A stretch of 64,000 nucleotides of DNA, from positions 43,119-107,118 of the forward strand of contig CAMDDW010000003.1 of the NCBI GenBank assembly GCA_945893185.1. The letters are read 5' to 3'. Both the position numbers and the translations under genes were made by a program. The DNA is from Akkermansia muciniphila (GTDB lineage Bacteria > Verrucomicrobiota > Verrucomicrobiia > Limisphaerales > UBA9464). Under the pieces are notes generated by a model that made no database searches, had not been told where the DNA came from, and saw only the letters and a program-made list of their open reading frames with translations. Shown one piece after another: positions 17,475 through 27,422 of the stretch (positions are counted from its first letter, which is position 1; the number at the start of each line of letters is the position of its first letter).

Positions 17475-18923
17475 ATGCCTTCCAGGTTCTCCCCATTTTC
17501 CAGCCAGAGCTCGCATCGGCCCTCGCTCAGTCGTCGTAATTTCCTCACCCGATCCGGCCTCGGCCTCGGGGCCCTGTCGCTGCAGACCCTCGGAGAACTT
17601 CCCACCGCAACGGCCAGGGGCTCCTCCATTTCCCCGCTGGCCGCCCGTTCACCCCACTTCGCACCGCGGGCCCGCCGCGTCGTGCATTTCTTCCTCAATG
17701 GCGGGCCGTCGCAGGTAGACACTTTCGACCCCAAACCGGCCCTCGCGAAATACGCTGGCCAACCCCTGCCCGGCCAATACCTCCGCACCGAACGCAAAAC
17801 CGGCGCAGCCCTGCCATCGCCCTTCAAGTTCTCGCGCTACGGTCAAAGCGGTTTGGAGATTAGCGAACTGTTCGCCCGCACCGCCGCCCATGCCGACGAC
17901 ATCGCCGTCATCCGCTCCGTGCACGCGCAAGTCCCCAATCATGAGCCGTCGCTCATGCTCATGAATTGCGGCGACAGCGTGCAGCCGCGCCCCAGCTTCG
18001 GATCTTGGGCGCTTTATGGGCTGGGCACCGAGAACCAGAACTTGCCGGGCTTCGTCTCGCTGTGCCCCGGCGGCTTGCCCATCAAGGACTCCGAGAACTG
18101 GCAATCGGCCTTCCTGCCCGGCGTGTTCCAGGGAACCTTCGTCGATCCGCAGCACCGAGAGGTGGAGCGGCTCATCGAGAACATTCGCAGCCCGCACGCC
18201 ACTCCGGGCATGCAACGCCGGCAGCTGGATCTGCTCGCCTCGCTCAACGCCGCCCACCGGAGCGACCACGGATCGGATCCTCGACTCGAGGCGCGCATCG
18301 AGTCCTTCGAGCTGGCCTTCCGCATGCAAATGGAAGCCAGCGATGCCTTCGACCTCTCCCGCGAACCGGCCTCCATCCGGGCCATGTACGGCGACACCGT
18401 GCACGGTCGGCAGACCCTCATCGCCCGGCGACTGCTTGAGCGCGGAGTCCGCGTGGTGCAATTGTGGCACGGAGCTGGGCAACCCTGGGATCATCACGAC
18501 AACATCGAAGCCAATCACCGGAAGAACGCCGCCGAGATCGACGGTCCCATCGCCGCCTTCATGACCGACCTCAAGCAGCGCGGCCTCTTCGACGACACGC
18601 TCATCCTCTGGGGCGGTGAGTTCGGGCGCACGCCCTCGGTGGAACTCGGCGACAGCGGTAAGTCTAAGCTCGGCCGCGACCACAACCACTACGGCTTCAG
18701 CGTCTGGCTAGCGGGCGGTGGTGTCCGAGGCGGCGTGGCTCATGGAGCCACCGACGAGTTCGGCTTCCGCGCGGTCGAGAACCCCGTGAGCGTCCACGAC
18801 TTGCACGCCACGATGCTCCACCTGCTGGGCTTCGACCACGAACGCCTCACCTACCGCCACGCCGGCCGCGACTTCCGCCTCACCGACGTCTCCGGCGAAG
18901 TGGTGCGCCCAGTTTTGGCGTAG
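17475..18923 (+). CDS. DUF1501 protein
   Basis: SRRNFL, GGPSQVDTFDPKP, GEFGRTP, GRDHN. Confidence 0.92.
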   Translation: MPSRFSPFSSQSSHRPSLSRRNFLTRSGLGLGALSLQTLGELPTATARGSSISPLAARSPHFAPRARRVVHFFLNGGPSQVDTFDPKPALAKYAGQPLPGQYLRTERKTGAALPSPFKFSRYGQSGLEISELFARTAAHADDIAVIRSVHAQVPNHEPSLMLMNCGDSVQPRPSFGSWALYGLGTENQNLPGFVSLCPGGLPIKDSENWQSAFLPGVFQGTFVDPQHREVERLIENIRSPHATPGMQRRQLDLLASLNAAHRSDHGSDPRLEARIESFELAFRMQMEASDAFDLSREPASIRAMYGDTVHGRQTLIARRLLERGVRVVQLWHGAGQPWDHHDNIEANHRKNAAEIDGPIAAFMTDLKQRGLFDDTLILWGGEFGRTPSVELGDSGKSKLGRDHNHYGFSVWLAGGGVRGGVAHGATDEFGFRAVENPVSVHDLHATMLHLLGFDHERLTYRHAGRDFRLTDVSGEVVRPVLA

Positions 18924-18996
18924 GCCGGACCTGAAACCCATCGTGCTTTAGCCGATGGAAGTTGCCTCCCGGCGCACAGAGCGTTAGCCAAGGCGG

Positions 18997-20382
18997 ATGA
19001 AGACAGACGTCGGCGTGTGGGGAATGCGAATCGGGCGACGATGGCTGGCTGCTGGCGTTGCCCTGGCACTGACCTTCACGCTGGTGCAAAACGCAGCTGC
19101 CCAGGCCAACTGGCCTCAATTCCGCGGGGCTGAAAGCCGCGGTGTCGGCACCTCGGATCGGCTGCCCTTAGTCTGGGGCCCGGAAACGAATGTTGCCTGG
19201 CGTGCCGAGGTTCCCGGACGCGGGTGGTCTTCGCCGATCGTGTGGGGAAAACGGGTGTTCCTCACCACGGCAGTGAGCGAGGGAGAACTGGAGGCTCCGA
19301 AGAAGGGTCTGTATTTCGGCGGCGACCGCCCGGAACCCCCGAAGCAGCGCCAACGCTGGATGGCCTTATGTCTCGACCGCGACTCGGGCAAGACCCTCTG
19401 GAGCACCGAGCTTCACGGAGCGGTTCCGACCACGCCCATCCACCTCAAGAATAGCTACGCCTCCGAGACACCGGTCACCGACGGCAAGCACGTGTACGTG
19501 CTGTTTGGATCGGTGGGGCTGTTCTGCCTCGATCTCCAGGGTAAGGTGATTTGGTCGCAACCGCTGCAACCCCACAAGATGCGCTACGGATGGGGCACCT
19601 CCGCTTCCCCGGTCTTGCACGAGGGGCGGGTGTATGTGGTGAACGACAACGAAGAGGCTTCGACCTTGAGCGCGTTCGACGCCAAGACAGGCAAGATCCT
19701 GTGGCAAGTCCCGCGCGATGAACCCAGCAACTTCAGCACCCCCTACCTCTGGAAAACCCCCAAGCGCACCGAACTGGTGGTTCCGGGCCGCACTCAAATC
19801 CGCAGCTACGACCTGACAGGCAAGGTGCTGTGGCAACTGCAAGGGCCCTCGACGATCGTCATCCCCACCCCGTTCGAGGCCGAGGGGTTGCTGTATGTCG
19901 GCGCGGGGTACGTCGGTGACAACCTCAAACTCAACAAGCCCGTCTACGCCATTCGCCCCGGCGGAGTCGGCGATCTCACCCTGGCGGAGGGAGCCCGGGA
20001 AAGCGCCACCATCGCCTGGATGGAAGCCAACGCCGCCCCGTACAATCCGTCGCCCTTGGCCTACGACGGCCGATTCTATGTGCTGTGGGATTTCGGTTTC
20101 CTCAGCTGCCGCGATGCTCGAACCGGCCGGGAACTCTACGGCAAGCAGCGAATCAAGGTCGACGGAACAGCCGGCTTCACCGCCTCACCCTGGGCCTACC
20201 GCGGGCGGGTCTTCTGCCTCAGCGAAGACGGCGACACCTATGTAGTCAGCGGCAAGGACCCCTACCAGTTGGAGCGGGTCAATGCCTTGGGCGAATTGTG
20301 CATGGCCACTCCCGCCATCGCCGGGGACCGGCTCTTTATCCGCACCGCCTCGCGCCTCTACTGCCTGCGCGAAAATCGTTAG
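18997..20382 (+). CDS. PQQ-binding-like beta-propeller protein
   Basis: NWPQFRG, GWSSPIVWG, TPVTDG and ASPV repeats. Confidence 0.88.
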   Translation: MKTDVGVWGMRIGRRWLAAGVALALTFTLVQNAAAQANWPQFRGAESRGVGTSDRLPLVWGPETNVAWRAEVPGRGWSSPIVWGKRVFLTTAVSEGELEAPKKGLYFGGDRPEPPKQRQRWMALCLDRDSGKTLWSTELHGAVPTTPIHLKNSYASETPVTDGKHVYVLFGSVGLFCLDLQGKVIWSQPLQPHKMRYGWGTSASPVLHEGRVYVVNDNEEASTLSAFDAKTGKILWQVPRDEPSNFSTPYLWKTPKRTELVVPGRTQIRSYDLTGKVLWQLQGPSTIVIPTPFEAEGLLYVGAGYVGDNLKLNKPVYAIRPGGVGDLTLAEGARESATIAWMEANAAPYNPSPLAYDGRFYVLWDFGFLSCRDARTGRELYGKQRIKVDGTAGFTASPWAYRGRVFCLSEDGDTYVVSGKDPYQLERVNALGELCMATPAIAGDRLFIRTASRLYCLRENR

Positions 20383-20437
20383 TCGGAGCTACAAGATCCC
20401 TCTTTGGCCCCCGGCGTCTCACGGTTAGCCTCAGGCC

Positions 20438-22780
20438 ATGCTACGTCTAGGGCGTTCTCTGTGGCTGGGAGTCTTCCTCCTCGGCGGAATCCTCTCCGGG
20501 TTGGCCCATGACGGCGACCCAACCAAGGCCGCGCCCGACGACGCCATGACGGTGGATCCGGGTCACTCCATGCACGGGCAAATCTTCAACGAGGGACTGC
20601 GCCAACACGCCCGGCTCATGTCGGGAATGCCGGAGATCCACTTCGACATCACCACCACCAACGACGTAGCCCGCAAGTTCTTCCTGCAAGGCGTGGGCCA
20701 GTTGCACGGGTTCTGGTACTTGGAATCCGAGCGTTCCTTCCGCGAGTCGGCCTTCCACGATACGAACTGCGCCATGGCCTACTGGGGTATGGCCATGGCC
20801 AACGCCAACAACGCCACCCGCGCGGCCGGATTCATCAAGGAGGCCGACCGCCGCAAGGGAACCGTCCATCGCCGCGAGAAGCTCTGGATCGAGTCCCTGG
20901 CCGAGTTTCACAAGGACCCGAAGCGCGACGAGAAGGACCGCCGCCGCGACTACACCCGCGCGCTCGAGAACATCATCTTCGAGTTTCCCGATGACGTGGA
21001 GGCCAAGGCCTTCCTCGCAGTTCACGTGTGGGACAGCAGCTACAAGGGTTGGCCCATCGGGAGCGCTCAAGCCGTCGAATCCATTCTCAAGGAGGTCTTC
21101 GCGCAGCAACCCATGCACCCGGCTCACCACTACCGCATCCACCTCTGGGACGGTGAAAAGGATGAGTCGGCCCGCCGGGCGATTCCCTCGGCCTCGAAAT
21201 CCGGCCAGAGCTCCCCGGGCGTGGCCCATCAGTGGCACATGGCTGGGCACACCTTCAACAAGCTCAAGCGCTACCCCGATATGGCGTGGCAACAGGAGGC
21301 TTCGGTGCGCGTAGACAACAGCCAGTTGATGGCCGACCGCTTGTTGCCCGACCACATCCACAACTACGCGCACAACAGCGAGTGGTTGGTACAAACCTAC
21401 AACTACATCGGACAGGTGAGCCGAGCGGTGGATTTGTGCGTCAACTTGATCGAGATGCCTCGACATCCCGGTTTCAACACCCTCGACAAACAGACCAACG
21501 GAATCGCCTACGAAAAGCGGGGCACCGGGTCCCACGGACGCCGACGCCTCATGGAGACACTGCTGCGCTGGGAACTGTGGGACGAAGCCCTGCGACTCAG
21601 TCAGACCCCCTATCTGGAACCAACCGTTCTGGCCGACGAGCAAGGCCGACGGGCGCGCCTGCTCGGGTTGGCACATCTCGGAAAAGGCAACCGCGTGGGC
21701 GTCTCGGAGCAAATTGAATCCATCGAGGCGGCCATCCGAGTGCTGCGCGAAGAACGTCGGGCTCATGTAGATGCCGCCGAGGCCAAGGCCAAGGTCGACA
21801 AGAAAGGCCGCGGCGAAATCGATTCGGCCATCGCGGATGCCGTGAAGCGCACCACAGAACCGATGGAGAACTTGGAAAATTTCATCGAGGAACTGCGCGT
21901 GGGTCTGAATGTGCACGCCGGCGAAACCAACGACCTGCCCAAGCGTCTGGAGGCCCTGAAGACCGTCTCCAAGGAACGCCTCGCCGCGATGTGGTTCCAA
22001 ATCGGGAACACCAATCAGGCCCTGAAGCTGGCCAAAGAGGCCGTGGACGCCGCAGCCAACCAAGTGCACCCGCTGGCCGTGCAAACCGAGCTTCAGTGGA
22101 AGGCCGGCCAAACCAATGAAGCCCTGAAGACCTTCGCGACCTTGCGGGGTCTCAGCGCCCAGATGGACACCCACCTGCCCATCGTGCGCCGTCTGGCCCC
22201 GGTGATTGCCGCCTCCAAGGCTTCGGACACCGGCTCGGACTGGCGACCGGCGGCCACCTATCCTACCGACTCCGGAACCCGGCCCGCGCACGACTCGCTG
22301 GGATCTTTCCGCTGGAACCCGCAGCCGGCCCCGCCGCTTGCGGTCACCGGCTCGGACGGCAAGCCCATCACCTTGGCCGATTTCCGCGGACGCCCGGTGC
22401 TGCTCGTCTTCTACCTGGGCGGCGGATGCCTGCATTGTGTCGAGCAACTTCGCCTGCTTGCTCCCCGGACCGAAGAGTTTAAGAAGGCCGGGATCGATAT
22501 CTTGGCCATTAGCACCGAGACTGTCGAAGGCCTAGCCAAGACGCGGGAAAAGGCCGGCAAGGACGGCCGGATTTCATTCCCTCTGGCGGCCGACCCGACG
22601 CTGGCAGCCTTCAAGAAATGGCATGCTCACGACGACTTCGAGGGCACTGCCTTGCACGGGGTTTTCTTGGTGGATGGCGAGGGCCACGTGCGCTGGCAAG
22701 ACATCGGCTTCGAACCCTTCACCGACTTCCATTTCCTGCTCCCCGAAGCCCGTCGCCTGTTGAGCTTCCTTCAAGAGTGA
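20438..22780 (+). CDS. Secreted TPR-like protein with C-terminal redoxin domain
   Basis: HPAHHYRIHLWD, HQWHMAGH; C-terminal FYLGGGCLHCVEQL. Confidence 0.8.
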   Translation: MLRLGRSLWLGVFLLGGILSGLAHDGDPTKAAPDDAMTVDPGHSMHGQIFNEGLRQHARLMSGMPEIHFDITTTNDVARKFFLQGVGQLHGFWYLESERSFRESAFHDTNCAMAYWGMAMANANNATRAAGFIKEADRRKGTVHRREKLWIESLAEFHKDPKRDEKDRRRDYTRALENIIFEFPDDVEAKAFLAVHVWDSSYKGWPIGSAQAVESILKEVFAQQPMHPAHHYRIHLWDGEKDESARRAIPSASKSGQSSPGVAHQWHMAGHTFNKLKRYPDMAWQQEASVRVDNSQLMADRLLPDHIHNYAHNSEWLVQTYNYIGQVSRAVDLCVNLIEMPRHPGFNTLDKQTNGIAYEKRGTGSHGRRRLMETLLRWELWDEALRLSQTPYLEPTVLADEQGRRARLLGLAHLGKGNRVGVSEQIESIEAAIRVLREERRAHVDAAEAKAKVDKKGRGEIDSAIADAVKRTTEPMENLENFIEELRVGLNVHAGETNDLPKRLEALKTVSKERLAAMWFQIGNTNQALKLAKEAVDAAANQVHPLAVQTELQWKAGQTNEALKTFATLRGLSAQMDTHLPIVRRLAPVIAASKASDTGSDWRPAATYPTDSGTRPAHDSLGSFRWNPQPAPPLAVTGSDGKPITLADFRGRPVLLVFYLGGGCLHCVEQLRLLAPRTEEFKKAGIDILAISTETVEGLAKTREKAGKDGRISFPLAADPTLAAFKKWHAHDDFEGTALHGVFLVDGEGHVRWQDIGFEPFTDFHFLLPEARRLLSFLQE

Positions 22781-22841
22781 GGTGGAAGAATGCGTTTCAG
22801 CGAACCGGACGCACTCAAAGCCTCAACCGGTTCAACAACTT

Positions 22842-23173
22842 CGGAGATCGGTCCCTACCTGGGAGGCCCTTCGGGATAGGATGCTCATCGGGCTGCATCC
22901 CGGATTCACGCCACGAACTCCACCTCACCCACGCACCTCCTTGTAGGCCCGGTGCCCTCACCGGGCGGCCCGCAAGAGCCGGACGCCGGGTCAGGGGACC
23001 CGGCCTACATGGGGCCTCGTCGGTTAGGCGGTGCCTTATAGGGGTAGCTCGGAGATCGGTCCCTACCCAGGTGGCTCACCGGAATAGGCGGCTCATCGGG
23101 CTGCATCCCGGATTCACGCCACGAACTCCACCTCACCCACGCACCTCCTTGTAGGCCCGGTGCCCTCACCGGG
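22842..23173. repeat. GTAG-type REP cluster with 208-bp period
   Basis: 83-bp exact repeat at 22883-22965 and 23091-23173 ending GTAGGCCCGGTGCCCTCACCGGG; inverted ...CCCGGCCTAC copy. Confidence 0.8.
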
Positions 23174-23188
23174 ATCGCTACAGCAACC

Positions 23189-25945
23189 TCACTCACCTCG
23201 GATCCAGGCCAACAGATCGACGAACTCCTGAGGCTTCAATGCGGACTCAAAGCCAGCGGGCATGAGGGAGGCGGACTGGGCGGTGATGCTGCGAATGGCC
23301 GAACGCAGGATGGGTTGCTCGCTGGTGCCGGCATACCGCATCACCAAATTGTTGGCCGTCTCGGCCGCGATGAGGCCGGTGAGGGATTCCCCATCGGTGA
23401 GTTGCAGGGTCCAAGCCCGGTAGCGCGCCTCAATGGCCTGACTGGGGTCCAAGATGGCCATGAGCATCCAATCCAAGGGCTTGCCAGCAACCATGCCGAG
23501 ATCGGGGCCAACCTCCTGGCCTTCGCCCCGCAGTCGATGACATCCGGCACACAGACTTGTGAAAGCACCGTGGCCCCGTTGGGGGTCGCCCTTCAGCGAC
23601 GCGGTGCTGGCGGTGTACTGTGCGATAACCTGCGCTCGATCGGCCGAACTCGGTTTCAGAACAGGGGTCGTCGCCGCGGGCGCGGGTTTCTGGCCCGACT
23701 TTAATGCGGTGAACAGCGCACTGTCCGGTCGCAAGGAGGTCTGGATGGCCGTGAGGATGAGTTCATCGCCGCCATCCCGGGTGGCCAGTTCGCGCAAGAC
23801 CGGTTCGGCCTGCTCCGCGGGCCATTGCCCCAACGTGAAGGCCGCCTGCAATCGCACCGATGCCTCCGGATCCCGCGCCAGCGCAGCCACTGCCGGGAAG
23901 ACCTCTGGGTGAGTGGATGCCAAACGTTCGGATTGCTCCAAGGCTTGGCGTCGGACTCCCGGATGTGGGTCGGCTAGGGCCGTGATTACCGTCGCTGCAT
24001 CGAGACCCCCTTTCAGCAAACCCAAGGTGGCCAAGGCCTGCACCCGAACTTGCGGGCGGTGGTCGGGCGACATGAACCCGCGCAGGCCGGCGGTGGCGCC
24101 TGCCGCGGCACCTCGTTGAACCAGCAGTCTTTGGACTGAGTCCCGCTGCCAGCCATTGGGTGAATCCATGGCCGCGACCAACCCCGCTGTGTCCAGAAGG
24201 CCCAGCTTCGGCACCGGACGCCGCACGGCGCCGCGAGGGGAGATGCGGTAGATGCGGCCACGGTCGTCGCCCGCTCGCTGATTCACCCGAGCCTGCATCT
24301 CCGGGGAAATCCACTCCGGATGCTCGAGGATGAAGCGGTACATGTCGGCGACATACAACGCTCCGTCGGGGCCCACCCGCAGGGTCGTGGGCCGGAACCA
24401 GTTATCAGTGCTGGCCAGGAATTCGGATTGCTCCTCTCCGGCAGCACGCTGGCTGTGCAAGGCGCTGCCCCGGGCACTGAGCACTTCCTGATGGATCACG
24501 TTGTGGACCGGTTCGCTAATAAAGACCGAGTGCGCGTAAGCCGGCCCGAACAAGTCATCGCGATACGGGGTGGGGCTGCACCCACTGGTCACATGATTCA
24601 GCGACCACGGTTGGTTGGGCCGGATCAAGGGCGCGGAGGCCGGGAAGGCCCGGGTAGAATCTTCGCGTTGGGCCAGCATCTGGCTCACCCGCTTCACCGC
24701 CACCTTCGGATTTCGGCGGAGATAATGCTCGGGCAAGGTCACTTGCCACAGCCAGCTGGGGTTGTTGTTGCCGAACCAGTGACCCCAATCATCGCGACGA
24801 CGGCCGAACTGGGTTTGGGCCGAGACGGTCTCCATCTCGCCGGTGTCCGGATTCATCCGCAAATCGCGTCCGCTAATGGACAAGGTCTTGCCGGTCTGGA
24901 GACTTTTCACGGTCCCGCCGCTGTCGCCGTTAGCAAGGTAAAGCCAGCCGTCGAGACCCCATTCGAATCCATTGAAGCGGTGCTGCTGATTGCCCTCGGT
25001 GAAGCCAGTGAAGAGCACGCGTCGCACATCGGCACGCCCGTTGCCATCGGTGTCTTCGGCGTACATCAGTTCGGGAGCCGCCGCGATGAGGGCGCCCTTT
25101 CCGAAGGGCAACACACTCGAGGGAAAGGCGAGGTCGGTGAGGAACGGCACCACGCGATCCATGCGCCCATCGCCATTGTCATCATAGAGAATATTCACCC
25201 GGCCGCCGGGTTTGCCTTTGCCGTCGAGGCCCAGCGGGTAGTCACGCATCTCGACCACCCACAACCGCCCTTGCATGTCCCAGTTGAGGTGAACCGGATC
25301 GATCACTAACGGCTCAGACGCCACCAACTCGATTTGGAAACCTTCCGGCAACCGCATGGACGCCAGCGCCTCTTCCGGGGATTTCGGAGGCGGCATGCGC
25401 ACGGCAATGAGTTCGCGGGCAGAGATCCGCTGGGTTCGGGCAGGCTGCGCACCGATGGCCGGAGTTTCGATGAGTAAGACCCCATCGACCACGCGCGCCG
25501 TCGTACCGACCAGAGACGGTGGCTCGTCATTGGCCCCGGTGCGACGAGCGGACCGGACGAATTGCGACCAACCCTTGGTCCAACCCAGTTCGGCTCGGAC
25601 AGTGCGATTCCAGAGATGAATGGCGTAGCCCTCCGGATGGGACTGAATGAGGTCTGCAAACCCGTCACCGTTGAGGTCTACCCAACGCAGCCCGGAATCC
25701 TTGCCTTGGGCATCGAGCACGGAAACTCCCTCGGGAAACTGAAAGTCGACCGGCTGGCCCTCGGGTTTCTGCAAGACGGTCTTGCCGGGCTGATTGATCA
25801 GCGTCTCCGGCACCCCATCGCGGTTAAAATCGACGGAGTCGGCCGACAGGCCCGGCACACCCATCATGAGGAAGGACAGCAAACCGGCCGCACCGGCCAC
25901 CCCAGCGGCGCGCCGTCGAATGGACCCAAATCGGGACAGGCTCAT
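23189..25945 (-). CDS. PVC-type membrane-bound dehydrogenase / heme-binding protein
   Basis: GFQIELVASEP, GPDGALYVADMYR, HEAT-like repeats, CAGCH heme motif. Confidence 0.88.
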   Translation of the reverse strand: MSLSRFGSIRRRAAGVAGAAGLLSFLMMGVPGLSADSVDFNRDGVPETLINQPGKTVLQKPEGQPVDFQFPEGVSVLDAQGKDSGLRWVDLNGDGFADLIQSHPEGYAIHLWNRTVRAELGWTKGWSQFVRSARRTGANDEPPSLVGTTARVVDGVLLIETPAIGAQPARTQRISARELIAVRMPPPKSPEEALASMRLPEGFQIELVASEPLVIDPVHLNWDMQGRLWVVEMRDYPLGLDGKGKPGGRVNILYDDNGDGRMDRVVPFLTDLAFPSSVLPFGKGALIAAAPELMYAEDTDGNGRADVRRVLFTGFTEGNQQHRFNGFEWGLDGWLYLANGDSGGTVKSLQTGKTLSISGRDLRMNPDTGEMETVSAQTQFGRRRDDWGHWFGNNNPSWLWQVTLPEHYLRRNPKVAVKRVSQMLAQREDSTRAFPASAPLIRPNQPWSLNHVTSGCSPTPYRDDLFGPAYAHSVFISEPVHNVIHQEVLSARGSALHSQRAAGEEQSEFLASTDNWFRPTTLRVGPDGALYVADMYRFILEHPEWISPEMQARVNQRAGDDRGRIYRISPRGAVRRPVPKLGLLDTAGLVAAMDSPNGWQRDSVQRLLVQRGAAAGATAGLRGFMSPDHRPQVRVQALATLGLLKGGLDAATVITALADPHPGVRRQALEQSERLASTHPEVFPAVAALARDPEASVRLQAAFTLGQWPAEQAEPVLRELATRDGGDELILTAIQTSLRPDSALFTALKSGQKPAPAATTPVLKPSSADRAQVIAQYTASTASLKGDPQRGHGAFTSLCAGCHRLRGEGQEVGPDLGMVAGKPLDWMLMAILDPSQAIEARYRAWTLQLTDGESLTGLIAAETANNLVMRYAGTSEQPILRSAIRSITAQSASLMPAGFESALKPQEFVDLLAWIRGE

Positions 25946-27387
25946 TTTCCCAGTCGATCGAGGACGTTGCGAGTGATGCGTTCGACCATCGGATCTCGAC
26001 CGCGCAGCCCGTGGGACCAATCGGTAGAACCACAAGTAAACACCGTGCCTCCCCGCGTGTACGTGCCCAGCACCGCGTGGCCTTTGCGACCCGGCTGCCA
26101 GCGTTCGTACCACTCGCAGTCATCCGGATGCCACTGGGCCGGGGCCGTCGCCAGCACTTCGAAGTTCGCCGGCGTGCCATCGCGATGGGTGGGCTTGGGC
26201 AATCCCTCCTGATACTCCAGTTCACAGCCGTCGCACTCGTAGCCCACGATGGTGTCCTTGGCCCCGAAACTATCACCGGTCTTGAGCGTGGTGCCCTCGA
26301 ACACCCAATGGGTGGGACGATGGACATTGAAAGCGCCCGACGCGTCCATGAGCTGCCCATGGCTCTTGTGGTAGCCGCCCCAGAGAAAGCCCACGCCCGT
26401 GAGCTGGTTCTCCGGACGCTGAACCAAATGATGACCCCACAAGGAGGAGAGCGTGGCCTGGCTGCCCCGCGCCACGAACACCGGATCTTGTTGGACGTTT
26501 TGTTTCCAGCACGTCAGCGCCGAACCGTTGTCCTCGGAACGTACCTGCCAGCAGCACGTGTTGCCGCTGAAGAAGGCCACGTTGCCGCCGTCGCCGATGA
26601 ACTTCTCGAGATTGTCCCGCATGGGGGTCGACCAGTACTCGTCGTGACCCACACTGAGCACCAGCTTGTAGGCTTTGAGGATTTCCGGGTGCGACTCGAG
26701 GTCACTATTGGCGGCGTACTCGAGAACGTATCCGTGCGACTCGGCCCATTCAACGAAGGCCTGCTCCCAGTTCGAGAACTGCGATCCCGGCGGACGCTGG
26801 AAGGACACCCGGTGCCCCTGATTGCCCCCGCGACCATTGAAGGCATAAAGACTGAACCCGCCCCAGTTGTTGTAGGCGTTGTAGGTGTTGGTGGAGAACT
26901 GCAAGAGGATCTTCGAATCCCCTCCCGGTTGCGCCGCTCGCACGATGAAGAAGCAACTGGAATCAGCGACCCGGTGCGTGCGCCGCACGTAGTCACCGCC
27001 ATGATCCTCCACGCGGAACTGAACTTGATAGTAGCCCGACTTCCAATTCGCGGCGATGGGCACCCGAAGACCCACCGGCCAGCCGCATCCGTGCGAGGAG
27101 GCGTTGGCCGGGATGGGCTGGATGGCGCCCGTCTCCGCAGTCCCCTTCCAAACCACCGTGCGCTGAGCACCCATGCGGGCGATTTCTACCGAATACCGCC
27201 GCTGGCTGGAGGAGATATGAAGGGTCAGTTCAGCCCCCTGCGGATAGCTGACTTCTCCGGCATACCCCTCGATGTGCAGTTCCGGAGCGATCTCCGCGGC
27301 ACTCGTGATTCCGCCGGCCGCGGTGGCCAGGCCGACCAAACCGGTCATACGCAAAAAGGGCCGGCGACGAATGGACGTGGATTTCAT
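25942..27387 (-). CDS. N,N-dimethylformamidase beta-subunit-like (DUF6605) protein with Tat-like signal
   Basis: NTYNAYNNWGG, SVGHDEYWS, GNVAFFSGN, VGYECD; RRRPFL. Confidence 0.8.
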   Translation of the reverse strand: MKSTSIRRRPFLRMTGLVGLATAAGGITSAAEIAPELHIEGYAGEVSYPQGAELTLHISSSQRRYSVEIARMGAQRTVVWKGTAETGAIQPIPANASSHGCGWPVGLRVPIAANWKSGYYQVQFRVEDHGGDYVRRTHRVADSSCFFIVRAAQPGGDSKILLQFSTNTYNAYNNWGGFSLYAFNGRGGNQGHRVSFQRPPGSQFSNWEQAFVEWAESHGYVLEYAANSDLESHPEILKAYKLVLSVGHDEYWSTPMRDNLEKFIGDGGNVAFFSGNTCCWQVRSEDNGSALTCWKQNVQQDPVFVARGSQATLSSLWGHHLVQRPENQLTGVGFLWGGYHKSHGQLMDASGAFNVHRPTHWVFEGTTLKTGDSFGAKDTIVGYECDGCELEYQEGLPKPTHRDGTPANFEVLATAPAQWHPDDCEWYERWQPGRKGHAVLGTYTRGGTVFTCGSTDWSHGLRGRDPMVERITRNVLDRLGK

Positions 27388-27422
27388 GGGCTCTTGGAGT
27401 TCCGAATTTTTAGATTCTGAAT

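Noticed and set aside
20447-22447. 666-aa minus-strand ORF, and similar long ORFs at 14564-16117, 16319-17827 and 26011-27420
   Set aside because: Antisense shadows of well-supported genes, typical of high-GC DNA.
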